Assembly: GCA_025934615.1 (NCBI GenBank)
Contig: JAICXS010000001.1
Span: forward strand, 1-38,547
DNA from: Nitrospiraceae bacterium
GTDB lineage: Bacteria > Nitrospirota > Nitrospiria > Nitrospirales > Nitrospiraceae
Reading direction: 5' to 3'
DNA: 38,547 nucleotides
Made by a program: the position numbers and the translations under genes. Shown here one piece after another: positions 24,386 to 32,150 of the stretch. The notes below the pieces were generated by a model. The model saw only the letters and a program-made list of their open reading frames with translations, did not search any database and was not told the origin of the DNA. Every line of letters starts with the position of its first letter. The first letter of the stretch is position 1.

Positions 24386-25743
24386 GGATTGCGAGGATTG
24401 CCATGCAGCACTGCCTACTCATCCTAGTCGCCGCCATGCTCCTGCCGGGCCACGCCTGGGCGCTCGACCACTACTCGAACGTCGCGCAAGATCAAAATGG
24501 ACGCGCCATTGCCGGGGCCACGATCAGCGTCTATCCAGCGGGGGGCGCGACTCCTGCGACGATTTATGCGGATAACGGCCAGACGGTGAAGGCCAATCCC
24601 TTCACGACGGCTATTGATGGGGTCTATGACTTTTATGCGCCGGACGGCCTCTATGACATTAAGATCTCCAAGATCGGCTATACCAGCATTTACTGGGACC
24701 CGACCAAGACGGCAGGCCTCTCGCTCTTTGACCCGACTCAATTTATCGTGCCCTATGGGGCGAACTTCCCGACCTTCCCGCTTCCAGGGTCCTGGTTTGC
24801 GCTGACGGGGGATAACGGAACCTGTACCGTCCTCAGCGGGGCCAATACGACGCCCTGTCGATGGGACGGCGCGAACTGGGTCCCCATGGGGGGCGCGACC
24901 GGCGGCGGATCAGGCAGCGACTTCATTGCCGGGACCACCAAACAGATCACCTGGGCGAACAACTTCGCCAATGCCGCGAAGTTCCTCGATGGGAATAATA
25001 CCGGCACCGCCATTTATACCGATGTGACCAACGGCCCCCAAATTCCCTGCGTCATTGCCGGTGTAGAAAATGCGTGTAATTATATTCGCACCCTGGCGGC
25101 TGGGAAATATCTCGCCTATAACAATAACGCCGGAACGCCGATTTTCACCCTGACGAACGATACGGGGGCCCTCACGAACCTCACCCTCGATTGTACGCAG
25201 TCGAGCAATCTCTGTACGGTCCCGGAAGAACAATGGTGGGATGCGGCTTCCTGTCAAAACACGACGGCCCAAGCCGTCTTTAACCTGCCTACATCGAACG
25301 CGCCGACGCCGCACTGTGAAGGCACGAATACGCTCATTGCCACGCTCGATTTCAACGATACGACGGATCAGAGCTTTACCGCTCGCTGGGTGCTGCCGGT
25401 CGGATTTACCGGATCCATCGATGTGAAATTCCGATGGAAGGCCGTCTCGACCAGCGGCGCAGTCGGCTGGTGCGCACAACTCGTGAAGGTGACGCCGGGC
25501 TCCACGTCCGACCCGTCACTCCCGGCGCAGGCGTCGGGAAATTGCATCAGTGAGACGGCGCGCGCCACGACATTGCAGGAAACTGATATCACGATCACGG
25601 GCGTCACCTGTGCCTCCTGCTCGGCAGGCGATGCCGTGAATATCACCATTTCGCGGGATGCCAACGGCAGCGCCGTTCCTGACGATATGACCGGCGATGC
25701 CAAGTTGATCAATTGGGGTCGGACATGGAGGGTGGTCAAATAA
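24382..25743 (+). CDS. Fibre/spike-like protein (453 aa) with a cleavable-looking hydrophobic leader
   Basis: Leader MRIARIAMQHCLLILVAAMLLPGHAWA|LD. It is followed by AGATISVYPAGGATPATIYADNGQTVKANPFTTAIDG, the same N-terminal pattern as fibres 1 and 2 (carboxypeptidase-regulatory-like). Confidence 0.6.
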   Translation: MRIARIAMQHCLLILVAAMLLPGHAWALDHYSNVAQDQNGRAIAGATISVYPAGGATPATIYADNGQTVKANPFTTAIDGVYDFYAPDGLYDIKISKIGYTSIYWDPTKTAGLSLFDPTQFIVPYGANFPTFPLPGSWFALTGDNGTCTVLSGANTTPCRWDGANWVPMGGATGGGSGSDFIAGTTKQITWANNFANAAKFLDGNNTGTAIYTDVTNGPQIPCVIAGVENACNYIRTLAAGKYLAYNNNAGTPIFTLTNDTGALTNLTLDCTQSSNLCTVPEEQWWDAASCQNTTAQAVFNLPTSNAPTPHCEGTNTLIATLDFNDTTDQSFTARWVLPVGFTGSIDVKFRWKAVSTSGAVGWCAQLVKVTPGSTSDPSLPAQASGNCISETARATTLQETDITITGVTCASCSAGDAVNITISRDANGSAVPDDMTGDAKLINWGRTWRVVK

Positions 25744-26453
25744 TGCCGCTGCTCACCCTGGCGTTTGCCCTGCTCCTCGTCATGCCCTCATGGGCCGTGA
25801 CACTGGATACCGTCACGGTCGCGCAGAAGACGGGCACCGGCACGACCTTGACGCAATCCCATACCGTCACCTCCTCCGGGGGGAATCGCATTTTCTGTCT
25901 GCTCTGCTCCTTGCGCAGCACGACGATTACCGTCACCGCAACCTATGGCGGCCAGGCCATGTCCTCCATTCGCGCCGCGACGGTCGGCGGGGCCACGGAA
26001 AACTATCTGTTGTATCTCATCAATCCTCCCACGGGGTCCAATAGCTGGGTCGCGACGATGAGCAGTGCGCTCTCGATGATCTGTCATGGCATTTCCGCGA
26101 CGGATGTTAATCAGGGCAGTCCCTTTACCTCGTCCTCCGGCACCAGCGGATCGACGACCGCCTCCTCTCTGACCCTGACGGTCGGCTCCAATGATCTCGT
26201 CCTGGATCTCCTCAGTCTCAACATTGAGGGGGCGGCCACGACGCCGGGTGCCAATCAAACATCCATCAGCGGACTCCCGCTGGAATCATCAGGGACCACG
26301 CTCACGCATGCCGGATCACAGCAATCCGGAGCGGATGGGGGGGTGATGACCTATTCCTGGACGGGGGGAGCTCAATATGCCTATTCCGCATTTGCCTTAT
26401 CCCATGCGGCTTTTTCCGCATCATCCTTCGGTCCACTTAAGAGGAGGTTCTAA
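25743..26453 (+). CDS. Ser/Thr-rich beta protein (236 aa) with hydrophobic leader
   Basis: Leader MPLLTLAFALLLVMPSWA|VT. TAATG overlap with the upstream gene. No domain recognised. Confidence 0.55.
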   Translation: MPLLTLAFALLLVMPSWAVTLDTVTVAQKTGTGTTLTQSHTVTSSGGNRIFCLLCSLRSTTITVTATYGGQAMSSIRAATVGGATENYLLYLINPPTGSNSWVATMSSALSMICHGISATDVNQGSPFTSSSGTSGSTTASSLTLTVGSNDLVLDLLSLNIEGAATTPGANQTSISGLPLESSGTTLTHAGSQQSGADGGVMTYSWTGGAQYAYSAFALSHAAFSASSFGPLKRRF

Positions 26454-28343
26454 ATGGTGATACTCATTTCGATCCTGACAGTCATCCTCTTCGCGTCCCC
26501 TGGATGGGCTACGACCTATTATGTCTCCAATACGTCCTTGCACGGCTATAGCGTCGGCAATGACAGCCATACCTGCACGCAGGCCCAGAGCACCGCGACG
26601 CCGAAATTGACCATTAATAAGACGGCGAGTTCCGGGCTGGGCTGTCTGGCCTCCGGAGATACCCTCATCATTAATGATGGCACCTATGACAATGATCCTA
26701 TTACGAATCCGCCTGGGGGATCAGCGAGCGCCTATACCATCATTAAAGGCGAGCCGTCCGGCAATCGTCCGCTCTTGCGTCCGACCATGGGAGGAGGGGC
26801 CTATACGAATCGCGGGTTTCAATGCACGCTGGGGGCCGCCTGTAGTTATATTCACGTCGAATATCTCGAAATCTATCGCGCCTATAATTCGGTCAATATG
26901 GTAGGCACGGGCACTACCTATCCGGCCTATGTCGAATTCGTCAATAACAAATTCTGTCATACCATTCATACGAATTATAACGGGTATTTCTCCAAAACAG
27001 AGCCGATCGGGGGACCCTATATTATTCGCAATAATGAGTTCTGCTTCACCGGTGAATTTTATACCGATACCGGCAATTCCCTGCCCTACACGCCTCGGCA
27101 TAATACGATCTATGGCGTCGGGAACAATTCCCTCATTGAAGGGAACGTCTTTCATGATCTCTCGAACGGCATCGGCGTCTGGTCGAATCCCTCGATTCAA
27201 ATCAATCTGACGGCGCGAAACAACAGCTTCTATAACATCGGACGAGAGGACATTAACCCCTGGATGCGCGATACCGTTGCAGGAACCGTGACGGGCACCT
27301 ATTCGGCCATTCATGTGTCCGTGCCGGGAGGAGGCCATCATATTTATGGGAATGTGATGTGGGACTCCTGTAATACCGTGGCGAATGTGGTCAACCGCTG
27401 TGGTGGATTTCGCAACGGATGGACGGGGTACGGATCAGGCCCGGGCGGGACGCTGGCCGATATTTACAATAATACCGTCGTGAATCTCTTTGACAGCAAC
27501 GCCGCCTGCGTGGGGGCCTATCAGCCCGGCGGCAGTACGCAAGTGCCGACGATGAACGTCAAAAATAATATTTGCCCCGCCGGGCATCCGCCCTACTTCT
27601 GCCCGGGGTGCCTGGGGAGCATGTCGAACAATTTTACCGGCGATCCTGGGTTTACGAATGCCCCTGCTCAGGATTTCACCTTGACGGCTCTGAGTCCGGC
27701 GATTGATTTTGGGACGCCCTTTGACGGTTATACCTATAGTGGGGCGGCTCCGGATGCGGGCGCATTTGAGTATACTCAATCGGCCCCGACGGGCGGCACC
27801 TTTTCGCAAGCCTCGCATGTCTTCCAGAAAATTTATACCACCAATATCGGCATCTCGCAAAATCTCAGCTTTACGAATGGGATTCAGAACGTCATGGACG
27901 GGGGGGCGGTGGCCATTGTCTTTCAAATCAACTGCGACAATGTCTCGCCCTGTCAGAATTCATCCTTTGCGTTACGCACCAGTACGGATGGCATCACCTA
28001 TACGCTCGTCCCTGACACGGCAGGAGCGAACGGGGTCTACTTTTGGGGCACATCCACAGAAACCTGGCTGAACAATGGGGGGTCCGGATCCTCCTTGACG
28101 GGACTCGTGCCGAATACGAGCGGCTCGACCCAATTAACATCCAGTGATCTGCCGACCATTACGCTGGGGCAAAATACTTCCATTACGCTGCGGTATCTGG
28201 TACGGTTTGCGCCTGGATTCGCGGGGCAAGCTCGCTATTTCAAGCTCTATCAACAAACGGGGTCCGCACTCAACGGCACCTATACCCCCAGCACGGGCGC
28301 GATGGTCAATATCGTCTCGGCCCAAGCGAGTATGGGCTTCTAA
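26454..28343 (+). CDS. Right-handed parallel beta-helix protein (polysaccharide lyase/depolymerase-like, 629 aa) with hydrophobic leader
   Basis: Leader MVILISILTVILFASPGWA|TT. TYYVSNTS...GDTLIINDGTY is the typical beta-helix cap. PbH1-like repeats recur (VNNKFCH, IRNNEFCF, IEGNVFHD, ARNNSFYN, IYGNVMWD, IYNNTVVN, VKNNICP), followed by PDAGAFEY. Confidence 0.75.
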   Translation: MVILISILTVILFASPGWATTYYVSNTSLHGYSVGNDSHTCTQAQSTATPKLTINKTASSGLGCLASGDTLIINDGTYDNDPITNPPGGSASAYTIIKGEPSGNRPLLRPTMGGGAYTNRGFQCTLGAACSYIHVEYLEIYRAYNSVNMVGTGTTYPAYVEFVNNKFCHTIHTNYNGYFSKTEPIGGPYIIRNNEFCFTGEFYTDTGNSLPYTPRHNTIYGVGNNSLIEGNVFHDLSNGIGVWSNPSIQINLTARNNSFYNIGREDINPWMRDTVAGTVTGTYSAIHVSVPGGGHHIYGNVMWDSCNTVANVVNRCGGFRNGWTGYGSGPGGTLADIYNNTVVNLFDSNAACVGAYQPGGSTQVPTMNVKNNICPAGHPPYFCPGCLGSMSNNFTGDPGFTNAPAQDFTLTALSPAIDFGTPFDGYTYSGAAPDAGAFEYTQSAPTGGTFSQASHVFQKIYTTNIGISQNLSFTNGIQNVMDGGAVAIVFQINCDNVSPCQNSSFALRTSTDGITYTLVPDTAGANGVYFWGTSTETWLNNGGSGSSLTGLVPNTSGSTQLTSSDLPTITLGQNTSITLRYLVRFAPGFAGQARYFKLYQQTGSALNGTYTPSTGAMVNIVSAQASMGF

Positions 28344-28359
28344 AGAAGGAGAGCGGAGG

Positions 28360-28776
28360 ATGCTGACTGTGGGGCTGCTCGACATGATTAAACGACATGA
28401 AGGAGTCCGGCGCATCGCCTATCAAGATCCGCTGGGCGTCCAGACGATCGGCGTGGGGCATAATCTGAGTAAGCCGCTCACGGATCAGGCCATCTCCCAG
28501 ATCTTACAGGATGATGTGCAGGATGCCCATAACGAATGTCTCCATGCCTTTCCCTGGTTCGCCGACCTCACAGAACCGAGGCAGTGGGTCATGATCGATC
28601 TGTGTTTCAACTTAGGGCTGCCTCGTCTGCTCGGCTTTCGGAAGGTGCTCCAAGCCATGGCGCTGGGGGAGTATGAGACGGCGGCGAATGAACTGCTGGA
28701 TTCGCTCTGGGCGAAGCAGGTCAAGAGCCGGGCATTGGAATTGGCGGCGATGCTGCGCGGAGGGGAGTCGATCTAG
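28360..28776 (+). CDS. Endolysin, GH24 T4-lysozyme-like muramidase
   Basis: MIKRHEGVRRIAYQDPLGVQTIGVGHNL carries the Glu/Asp/Thr catalytic pattern. SD GGAGAGCGGAGG precedes ATG 28360, inside track ORF 28144..28776. Confidence 0.9.
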   Translation: MLTVGLLDMIKRHEGVRRIAYQDPLGVQTIGVGHNLSKPLTDQAISQILQDDVQDAHNECLHAFPWFADLTEPRQWVMIDLCFNLGLPRLLGFRKVLQAMALGEYETAANELLDSLWAKQVKSRALELAAMLRGGESI

Positions 28777-28789
28777 GAGATCTTATGCG

Positions 28790-29116
28790 ATGGCGAATGA
28801 TTCCCGCTACTATCATGAGCCTTCTCTGGAGCCAGGACCGAATTACAAGATGCTGTTCATGGGGGCTTGCGCTCTCATCAGTATTTTGGCTGGCAGCCTG
28901 TATGGGCTCTGGACTAGCCGCGCTGAGCAAACCGTTGAGGATTCACGAACCACGAACGACCTTCAATGGCAGCGCCTTCAACAACTCAGCGACAAATTGC
29001 TGGAACATGGCGCACAGCTCCAGCAGCTCCGTCGAGAAGGAGACGACCGAGAGGGACGTGTGCGCGAACTTGAGCGTTCAATAGCACGGGCTCAGCGAGA
29101 GCGAGGATCACATTAA
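28790..29116 (+). CDS. Single-pass membrane protein with coiled-coil C-domain (i-spanin-like or holin-like)
   Basis: 108 aa. The TM segment is MLFMGACALISILAGSLYGLW, followed by LQWQRLQQLSDKLLEHGAQLQQLRREGDDREGRVRELE. Located in the lysis cassette. Confidence 0.5.
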   Translation: MANDSRYYHEPSLEPGPNYKMLFMGACALISILAGSLYGLWTSRAEQTVEDSRTTNDLQWQRLQQLSDKLLEHGAQLQQLRREGDDREGRVRELERSIARAQRERGSH

Positions 29117-29131
29117 CCAAAGGAGACCATC

Positions 29132-29356
29132 ATGTCATTGTTAGGATCAAGCCCCATTACCAGTATTCTCGGGTATGTCGTCATCGGCGCAACCGTCGTG
29201 CAACAGGTCTTCACGACCGGCGGCCTGCCGAGTACCGCAGAGGCCTGGTTTCAGTCGATCATCCAGATCGTCGTCGGCATATCCCTGCGCATGACGAAGG
29301 ATCAGAATGTGAGCAATGCGCCGAGTCCGACGATCACCGCGCAGCCGGTGAAGTAA
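29132..29356 (+). CDS. Holin-like protein with two TM segments (74 aa)
   Basis: SD AAAGGAGA upstream. TM segments ITSILGYVVIGATVVQQVF and AWFQSIIQIVVGISL. Located in the lysis cassette. Confidence 0.55.
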   Translation: MSLLGSSPITSILGYVVIGATVVQQVFTTGGLPSTAEAWFQSIIQIVVGISLRMTKDQNVSNAPSPTITAQPVK

Positions 29357-29565
29357 TGCCGGGCGATGTGGGCTTAGTGGCCGAGCTGTTGAGCCAGGTC
29401 TTCGGCTGGTTAGTCGATCCAGCCGGATTCGAACAGCTCACACTCGATAATAAACTGCGGTTGTTAATGCGAGGGATCAATGAGGCCGTCTCGAAAAATG
29501 ATTGGGCTACTGTCGATGCTCTGTTTGCTCAGTACCGCGAGCTGCGCACGGCCCATAGTGTCTAG
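29356..29565 (+). CDS. Hypothetical protein (69 aa)
   Basis: TAATG overlap. Partly overlapped by the next ORF in another frame. Confidence 0.45.
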   Translation: MPGDVGLVAELLSQVFGWLVDPAGFEQLTLDNKLRLLMRGINEAVSKNDWATVDALFAQYRELRTAHSV

Positions 29566-29698
29566 CTCGCCGGGCACGGTGCAGTGCATGAACGATTGCG
29601 TCACGGTGACGAAGGGCATACTCAAAGAGCATGCCCAACTCTTTGATGAGACGATTCGCCTCCGTGACGCGCTCTCCATCTGCGAGCGACGGAAGTGA
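29480..29698 (+). CDS. Small lipoprotein-like protein (o-spanin candidate, 72 aa)
   Basis: MRPSRKMIGLLSMLCLLSTASC|ARP has a basic n-region, a hydrophobic core and a near-lipobox (T-A-S-C). The mature part is about 50 aa. Confidence 0.5.
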   Translation: MRPSRKMIGLLSMLCLLSTASCARPIVSSSPGTVQCMNDCVTVTKGILKEHAQLFDETIRLRDALSICERRK

Positions 29699-29780
29699 AG
29701 GAGCCGGACTGGGAACTCTTCGGCTTCTTCGCGACCGTGCTGGCGCTGGGATTGCTATTCCTGATGACCCTGGCTCGGGC

Positions 29781-29867
29781 TTAACAGCAGGGTCCCCAGA
29801 GCCAGCACCCAAGAATGAATAATGAGAGACCCAGCACAGCCGCCTGTAATAGAATAGATGCAGTCAT
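29781..29867 (-). CDS. Possible 28-aa hydrophobic peptide
   Basis: SD GGAGG lies 7 nt before the ATG on the - strand. Sequence MTASILLQAAVLGLSLFILGCWLWGPCC. Too short for composition tests. Confidence 0.25.
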   Translation of the reverse strand: MTASILLQAAVLGLSLFILGCWLWGPCC

Positions 29868-30059
29868 GATCCGTACCTCCAATACGGTGAAATGATGAGG
29901 GGCTTCGTCTGGCTGCCACCAGGCGCGGCCCCGTTTTATCCGCAGAGACTAACACACGTCAGAGCGGACTGCGTCCCCCTCTCTCGTATGGGCCCATGGT
30001 GATCTCATTCGCAATACAAATCTGTAGTATTCATAATTACTAGAGATGCCGAATGACAA

Positions 30060-30079
30060 GTGGCAGTAAAGTGGCAGTT
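30060..30079 (+). repeat. Candidate integrase arm-type site (GTGGCAGTAAAGTGGCAGTT; two TGGCAGT 11 nt apart)
   Basis: 19 of 20 positions identical to 30267-30286. The two copies flank the tRNA-like core. Confidence 0.5.
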
Positions 30080-30170
30080 ATGGTGCACTTCCATGCCCAC
30101 TGATGCCTCGTACTGCCCATCTAACCTATTGAAAACGCTGTAAGTGGTTGAATTGAAAACTGATCGGATC

Positions 30171-30211
30171 TGATCCGTAGTCTGGTGCTCTATCCATTTG
30201 AGCTACGGGCG
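30171..30211 (-). other. Candidate attP core: 5-prime ~41 nt of a tRNA-Arg(ACG)-like sequence (acceptor arm, D arm, anticodon stem 5-prime side and loop)
   Basis: The - strand reads GCGCCCG TA GCTC AAATGGATA GAGC A CCAGA CTACGGA TC.... After the anticodon loop the sequence no longer pairs and there is no T arm. The palindrome CGGATC-t-GATCCG (30164-30176) lies at the break point. It sits 18 nt downstream of the int stop. Confidence 0.6.
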
Positions 30212-30228
30212 CATCCCTAATTTATCAA

Positions 30229-31344
30229 TCACTTATCATCATTTTCTGCATGAGCACTGTTGGGCGGTGGCAGTAAAATGGCAGTTCCAACTGACTGCGC
30301 AAGCGATTGCGCGACCCATTCCATGCCCTCGCGCATGCTATCCTCCTGCGGAATTGTGTAGCGTCCCACGACGCGCACATCTGCCCAGTTCCCGAGCGCC
30401 TGCACGATCCGTTGCGGGGCCTTCCGGCCCAAGGCCGTGGCCCAGGTGCGGCGCAGCGCGTGAAAGGTGAGATGGCCGAGGCCCAGGCCACGTAACAGGG
30501 GCTTGAATGTCCGATTGTACCAGTTGTGCGGGTCCATATGAATGCGCGGATTGATCCGCCCGCTGTTCTGCCAGCGAGCCGGAAAGATCCAGCCCTCTCG
30601 GGGCTTGCCTTGTTCTCCGTGAAACTTTCCCAGTATTTCCAGCGCCGTGACCGACAAGGGCAGGGCAAACGATTTCTGCCGCTTAATGGTGGGGAGCTGC
30701 AAGAGCTGATGCTCCCACTGGACCCATTCCCAGCGAAGCGCAAAATGCGTGGCACGCCGGACCCCGATTAAGAGATTGAGGTAGATCAAGAGGGCATCGC
30801 GTTCTGTGGCGGCAGCAAAGATCCGTTGGATATCCTCGGCTGTATAAATGGGCATAACGCGCTGGACCATGGGGAATCGCTCGACATCCCGCCAGAAGTC
30901 GAGCACCCAGGAGAAGGGCTTGACCATGCGGCGCATCATCGCGCGGAGGTTGGCCGCATAGTAGTTGGCTGTGGTGCCGCTCACCCGTTCCCCGAGTGCC
31001 GTGATCGCCGTCGAAACGTCGTTTGGTCTCAGGCTCAGGATGGGCCGATTCGGAAAACGGTCGGCCCACCAATGGAGCTGTATGGCGATGTCCCGATAGG
31101 AGGCGCGCTTGCCTTTGATGGTGGCGAGGTAGGCCGTGCGCAGCTCGTCGAGCGTGTCACCGGTCCGCTCCTGGCCGGGGAACTGCCCACGGTCGCGTAC
31201 CGACGCCCGCAGCCGGTCGCGAAAGATCCGGGCTTCGTCCTTCGTGCGAAAGCCATGCGGCTTCCCGAAGCGCTGCATCTGGCCATGCACGGCAATGCGG
31301 AGATACCAGCGTTTGCCGACTTGGTAGAGGCCACGATCAGACAT
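30229..31344 (-). CDS. int: Tyrosine recombinase (phage integrase)
   Basis: 371 aa. Motifs GVRRATHFALRWEW (Arg), HALRRTWATAL (HxxR) and LGNWADVRVVGRYT (Tyr nucleophile). Confidence 0.95.
   Translation of the reverse strand: MSDRGLYQVGKRWYLRIAVHGQMQRFGKPHGFRTKDEARIFRDRLRASVRDRGQFPGQERTGDTLDELRTAYLATIKGKRASYRDIAIQLHWWADRFPNRPILSLRPNDVSTAITALGERVSGTTANYYAANLRAMMRRMVKPFSWVLDFWRDVERFPMVQRVMPIYTAEDIQRIFAAATERDALLIYLNLLIGVRRATHFALRWEWVQWEHQLLQLPTIKRQKSFALPLSVTALEILGKFHGEQGKPREGWIFPARWQNSGRINPRIHMDPHNWYNRTFKPLLRGLGLGHLTFHALRRTWATALGRKAPQRIVQALGNWADVRVVGRYTIPQEDSMREGMEWVAQSLAQSVGTAILLPPPNSAHAENDDK
30267..30286 (+). repeat. Candidate integrase arm-type site (GTGGCAGTAAAATGGCAGTT), inside the int 3-prime end
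   Basis: Direct repeat of 30060-30079. Confidence 0.5.
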
Positions 31345-31350
31345 GAGCGG

Positions 31351-31617
31351 TTACTTATCCGGCGTGACCCCGATATCCCGTAACCCTTGCTCTAACGCCG
31401 CTTCCGCATATTGATTGAGGAGCCGCTTGAGTCGAGGATTGATCTTGAGTGCCTGTTGGGCCAACTCTTCCCCGAACCCCATGGCCCCGCGTTGAAACGT
31501 CTGGAGCATGGCCTCCATCACCGCCTGTCGCAGGTGCATGGGATCATCGAGCGGTTTGCGTGGTCGTCCATTCTTTTTGCGCATGGTCCATTCCTCCTCC
31601 CTCATCATCATGGTCAT
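31351..31617 (-). CDS. Hypothetical protein (88 aa) in an operon with int; possible directionality or regulatory factor
   Basis: Its stop is 6 nt from the int ATG. Basic patch RKKNGRPRKP. No family recognised. Confidence 0.55.
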   Translation of the reverse strand: MTMMMREEEWTMRKKNGRPRKPLDDPMHLRQAVMEAMLQTFQRGAMGFGEELAQQALKINPRLKRLLNQYAEAALEQGLRDIGVTPDK

Positions 31618-31763
31618 CGCGCCTCAGGCGCACAACGGGCACGTCGCGTGAAACCGGAGCACCTTGTGAATCTTACAGTGGCGCAGGATGCGCACCGGGA
31701 CCGTCATCTTCAGCCGCGTCACCTGGTCCGGGCGAGACGGCTGAAGAGGCCCGATCAGATCTA

Positions 31764-31776
31764 CCCCCCCCCCCCC
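31764..31776. repeat. C13 homopolymer (G13 on the - strand) in the intergenic region upstream of the int operon
   Basis: Counted directly (7 + 6 C). It is the longest homopolymer noticed in the window. Confidence 0.95.
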
Positions 31777-31853
31777 ATTTTCCGGACCATTCCGCTGAAT
31801 ATCCCTAGGGGTGTCCCTAGCTGAGAAACCACTAGACCGACGGCGAGCGGAAG

Positions 31854-32144
31854 CTAGGAGGCGCGGTGGGGGCGGCGCACCAGGGGTTTCTTGTGCTTTG
31901 GTAATACGTGCATTTCGTCGTCCTGCGCAGGCGCATCATGCGAATGAAATACTGGTATTTCACGTGATTGGATGCGCTGCACAATGGCGTGCGTCTCGCT
32001 ATCGTCAATGAGCCCAAGCACAAGACTCAGCAAATACCGCGCATGATCCGATTCTTTGCGGCATGCACGGTCTGCCGAGGCTTTAAGCGCGGCTTTTAAA
32101 TCGTCGCCCGCGCGAATGTGAATAAAGTCCTTTTTCCCACCCAT
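31854..32144 (-). CDS. Ribbon-helix-helix (Arc/CopG-like) regulator, putative prophage repressor (96 aa)
   Basis: KKDFIHIRAGDDLKAALKASADRACRKESDHARYLLSLVLG fits a strand-helix-helix pattern. The start is set at ATG 32144; the track uses a TTG at 32150. It is divergent from the early operon. Confidence 0.65.
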   Translation of the reverse strand: MGGKKDFIHIRAGDDLKAALKASADRACRKESDHARYLLSLVLGLIDDSETHAIVQRIQSREIPVFHSHDAPAQDDEMHVLPKHKKPLVRRPHRAS

Positions 32145-32150
32145 AGGCAA

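Noticed and set aside
28785-29084. An embedded Rz1-like lipoprotein (frame with ...LSSVFWLAAC lipobox) inside the 108-aa TM/coiled-coil gene.
   Set aside because: Its hydrophobic segment comes from the same nucleotides that encode the TM helix of the other frame. It has a long uncharged pre-sequence and no SD, the mature part is not Pro-rich, and a separate lipoprotein candidate exists at 29480..29698.
30148-30211. A complete tRNA gene on the - strand next to int.
   Set aside because: Only the acceptor 5-prime strand, the D arm and the anticodon stem 5-prime side with its loop fold. The expected TCTGG pairing strand reads TCAGA, and no T arm or acceptor 3-prime strand follows. It is therefore treated as a partial tRNA (attP core).
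31411-31824. The + strand ORFs 31411..31824 and 31449..31808 in the int-proximal region.
   Set aside because: They are antisense to the 88-aa ORF that is coupled to int. Their translations are Pro/Arg/His-rich and run through the C13 tract, so they are judged spurious.
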